DNA of 57,824 bases from a virus (lineage: Duplodnaviria > Heunggongvirae > Uroviricota > Caudoviricetes). This document shows positions 55,188 through 57,824 of this stretch, piece by piece. The notes beneath the pieces are model-generated. The model worked only from the letters and a program-made list of their open reading frames with translations, made no database searches and had not been told where the DNA came from. A program made the position numbers and the translations under genes. The stretch lies in the IMG/VR virus record IMGVR_UViG_3300042868_014220. One strand, given 5' to 3'. The first letter of the stretch is position 1. Each line of letters begins with the position of its first letter.

Positions 55188-55195
55188 TATTTATT
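55188..55195 (+). promoter_or_regulatory. TATTTAT late-type motif, 5 nt upstream of ATG 55201
   Basis: TATTTATT right after the clpC terminator. Confidence 0.5.
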
Positions 55196-55200
55196 ATTTG

Positions 55201-55965
55201 ATGAAGGAATTAATTAAAAGAATAATTAAAGAAACCATTAAAGATGGTAAAGTTTTCTGTGACAATTGTCCTTGGTCTTGGGATTTATCTGCAGGTGGTA
55301 AAGACAAATACATTTGTCATGAATGTGGTCACGATAATACACCAAAACAAAAATCTAATTTAAATAGATTATTAGAAAAATTCAAAAATAATTTTCCTGA
55401 AGAACTCTCTCCAAAAGTTGATTTGATTGAGAAATTTGTTGTAGATTATATTCAAGATAATAATTTCACCGTAAAATTTATTAACTCTTGTTCTACAGGT
55501 TTTGGTGGTGTTAGAACTAAAGACCAAATTATTATTTGTGCTCCCAATGGTATGAGTACCCTTGGTGATTTAATATATACCATATTTCATGAAATAAGAC
55601 ATGAAGAACAAGTAGATAAAAATAGGTTGGGATTAGATAATCCGTTAACTGATTATGATTTAGAAGATTTTGAAAAGTTATCTAAAAAATATTGGGAATT
55701 AGAAATGGATGCTGATAGGTTTGGAAAAGAAATGATATCGAAACTTGTTATTAAACTTGGAATACCTATGGAAATTGCTAAAGAACAATTAAAATTGTCA
55801 CCATATATTCAAAATTACCCGTTAGCTTCAAATATGATTATGTCATCTTTAAAACAAATTGTTAACAGTATTAAAGACATAAAAAAATCGGGTGGAGAAT
55901 ATACTGATATTCAAGACCACCCGATGGTAAAAAGACATTTAGATAAATTAGAAAATCTTATCTAA
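55201..55965 (+). CDS. Putative zincin metallopeptidase with N-terminal C4 zinc finger
   Basis: CDNC...CHEC; FHEIRHEEQ (HExxH) followed by ELEMDAD. Confidence 0.6.
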   Translation: MKELIKRIIKETIKDGKVFCDNCPWSWDLSAGGKDKYICHECGHDNTPKQKSNLNRLLEKFKNNFPEELSPKVDLIEKFVVDYIQDNNFTVKFINSCSTGFGGVRTKDQIIICAPNGMSTLGDLIYTIFHEIRHEEQVDKNRLGLDNPLTDYDLEDFEKLSKKYWELEMDADRFGKEMISKLVIKLGIPMEIAKEQLKLSPYIQNYPLASNMIMSSLKQIVNSIKDIKKSGGEYTDIQDHPMVKRHLDKLENLI

Positions 55966-55966
55966 G

Positions 55967-56803
55967 TTATCTTCTTGTTCTCCAATCATATTTGGAGGCT
56001 TTCATATAGTGTAATTTGTTACCAAGAGATTCAATCATTTTTCTACCCATATCAATTCCGTTAAACACATCTTCAACAACAACATATTCGTTTCTTGTGT
56101 GGTAGTCATAATAACCAATTGAAAAGTTAATACAAGAGAAGTCAAATTTACCTCTTAAAGCGTAAACATCGGTGTAGGGGTGAACCATATACTTCATACT
56201 GTTATTATCCATACCTTCAGTCAAAACTTTATCACAAGCATCAAAGAATTCTGTTTCTCTATTAAATAAAACTTGACCAAAACATTTTTCGGTAATCATC
56301 CAATTCTCAGGTGCATCAAATTGGATTCCATATCCAACATTGGTGAAAAATTCTTCACTCGCCTTAAGTGAACCATGACAACCTGTTTCTTCGGATACAA
56401 AAAACGCCGCTTTGATATTTGGTAATTCACTTAATAAGGTTAAACAAGCAAAAACACCACATTTATCATCACCACCAATACCAGTTGGGTCTCCCATATC
56501 ATTGTATGCTTTGTATGATAATTTTACTTGATTTTGAGCATTAAACAACATTTCTTCCATAATGTTAATGGTATCAATATTGTGGACGGTATCTGTGTGA
56601 GAAATAACACACGGGAAATAAAAATCTTCAGGTAATTCTGAGGATTCTTGTTTTGTTGCATATACGTTGTTGTGTTCGTCAACAAAGTGTTGAATTTTGT
56701 TTTCGGTTAACCAATTAACCAAAAACTCAACCATTCTTTCTTCTTGGTATGTCTTTGTCGGAACACTTAATACTTCCTTAAGTAATTCTAAATTTTTATT
56801 CAT
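55967..56803 (-). CDS. M28/M42/M20-clan Zn peptidase
   Basis: SHTDTVH, GIGGDDKCG, FFVSEETG..GS, FDAP, YHT.NE. Confidence 0.85.
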   Translation of the reverse strand: MNKNLELLKEVLSVPTKTYQEERMVEFLVNWLTENKIQHFVDEHNNVYATKQESSELPEDFYFPCVISHTDTVHNIDTINIMEEMLFNAQNQVKLSYKAYNDMGDPTGIGGDDKCGVFACLTLLSELPNIKAAFFVSEETGCHGSLKASEEFFTNVGYGIQFDAPENWMITEKCFGQVLFNRETEFFDACDKVLTEGMDNNSMKYMVHPYTDVYALRGKFDFSCINFSIGYYDYHTRNEYVVVEDVFNGIDMGRKMIESLGNKLHYMKASKYDWRTRR

Positions 56804-56807
56804 GGGA

Positions 56808-56815
56808 CAAAGATA
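56808..56815 (-). promoter_or_regulatory. Bacteroidota -7 element 4 nt upstream of the peptidase ATG (possible leaderless mRNA)
   Basis: Minus strand TATCTTTG-TCCC-ATG. Confidence 0.5.
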
Positions 56816-56839
56816 ATAAAATTATCTTTAATTCCAAAA

Positions 56840-57824
56840 TTAATCAAACAATTCTGGTTGATATAATAAATTGTGGAAATTTTCTTCAGATAATTTTAAG
56901 ACTTTATTGTTACTTTTATCTGGTCCACTAACTCTAACGATAATTTTCATATCCTCTCTATCAAATCCTTCAATTCTAAACCTATTATTTTTTTTCTTTG
57001 GTAAAACATACCAAGTATTTAAATCAAAATTCTTAATAATTCTATTTCTAAATAATATAAAATCACCAATTGTATTTCCCTCCTCTTCGGCCGAGTTTTC
57101 TAAAATTTCTAAAATATCGTCAAATTGTCTACTAACACTATTATTAAAACTTGTATTATCGAAATATTCTGGGTCTTGAAACTCGTATGAATTTTCCATC
57201 CAACCACCAATTCTACTGTTAGAGTTATGTTCAACAATTTGTTTAATTAATGAGTTCGCATCTATTTTATAGATTTCCAATCTTGTTGCCCACATTAATA
57301 AATTTGCTACAGTTGTTTTAACCTCGTCATATTGTCTATAAACTTCAATTCCTGATTTTTCTAACACTTCATCAATTTCCTTTGAGACGGTATCTTTTGC
57401 CACTGAAAACATTTCAGAATTTTTTTCACTATGATAATCACTCAATATCCAATCCATTTGTTTTGGGAATAAATCAAGAAGATTTTTATTTAGATTTTCT
57501 CTATAATCTTCGCTTTCTAAATCAAATTCAAAGTTAGGATATACCACTTCTGCAATGTCTTTAAGTTTATCCATATTTTCCTTATCTAAGTCACTAAAAA
57601 TAATATACCCATTTTTAAAATCTTCTTCTACAGTATATGAATCCATAAACTCATAATCACTATATGACGATGTTATCATTTTTAAAAACCAAACATCATC
57701 ATCATCTAAATCCAAAAATGATAAAAACTCTTCATCGTTATCAAATTCAATAATAAGTTCACTTTGACCTGGAGGTTTATTGGTTAATATTCTTTTGATT
57801 GACGGTTCTGAATTTAACAATGCC
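56840..57824 (-). CDS. Hypothetical acidic protein (5' end outside the window)
   Basis: The frame stays open to the right edge (GCA TTG TTA...), so the track's TTG start at 57820 is probably internal. Confidence 0.7.
   Translation of the reverse strand, partial: ALLNSEPSIKRILTNKPPGQSELIIEFDNDEEFLSFLDLDDDDVWFLKMITSSYSDYEFMDSYTVEEDFKNGYIIFSDLDKENMDKLKDIAEVVYPNFEFDLESEDYRENLNKNLLDLFPKQMDWILSDYHSEKNSEMFSVAKDTVSKEIDEVLEKSGIEVYRQYDEVKTTVANLLMWATRLEIYKIDANSLIKQIVEHNSNSRIGGWMENSYEFQDPEYFDNTSFNNSVSRQFDDILEILENSAEEEGNTIGDFILFRNRIIKNFDLNTWYVLPKKKNNRFRIEGFDREDMKIIVRVSGPDKSNNKVLKLSEENFHNLLYQPELFD

Noticed and set aside
1-57824. Stop-codon reassignment (seen in some large phages)
   Set aside because: Conserved genes (MCP, portal, terminase, ClpC, dUTPase) are full length in code 11, and TGA ends genes at normal positions, often in ATGA overlaps. 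TAG use could not be assessed well, but no gene appears fragmented.
1-57824. tRNA/rRNA genes, integrase, transposase
   Set aside because: Intergenic gaps are short and AT-rich with no cloverleaf or T-loop motif seen, and no recombinase or transposase motifs were found. A tRNAscan-SE run would be the definitive check.

Overview
A 57.8-kb, AT-rich, gene-dense segment of a large T4-like (probably jumbo) dsDNA phage. The host is most likely a Bacteroidota species, based on a Bacteroidota-type ribosomal protein bS21, TAnnTTTG promoters, A-rich SD-less start contexts and a DUF4494-like gene. Left to right: (i) virion fibre/decoration genes, including a >=1351-aa Gly-Ser/Thr fibre ORF (minus strand, <1..4053) missing from the supplied ORF track; (ii) small putative head proteins and a stand-alone WYL gene; (iii) a ~17-kb glycan-biosynthesis island (9445..26620) with about 10 glycosyltransferases (GT2, GT4, GT10, GT11, NodZ/GT23-like), an Fcl/ColC-like reductase, a His-type ColD-like PLP dehydratase, two methyltransferases and a UDP-glucose-dehydrogenase-like protein lacking its catalytic Cys, plus dUTPase, a 3'-5' exonuclease and PhoH; (iv) a sigma-like gene and baseplate/virion genes; (v) the head/packaging module (major capsid, scaffold, prohead protease, portal, large terminase) with bS21 inserted on the opposite strand; (vi) a nucleotidyltransferase/KTSC pair and a proteolysis cluster (UVR-motif protein, N-domain-less ClpC, zincin, M28-type peptidase). 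The best candidate for an undescribed system is phage-encoded glycosylation of the virion with fucose/colitose-type, O-methylated glycans. Four putative surface proteins are strongly enriched in an [S/T]-G-x-T motif that I did not find in the enzymes, and the fibre is essentially a polymer of S-G-x-S. A strand-specific TATTTAT motif (the reverse complement of the T4 late promoter) precedes most structural genes. All family assignments come from motif recognition by eye; no database searches were run, and counts are manual.
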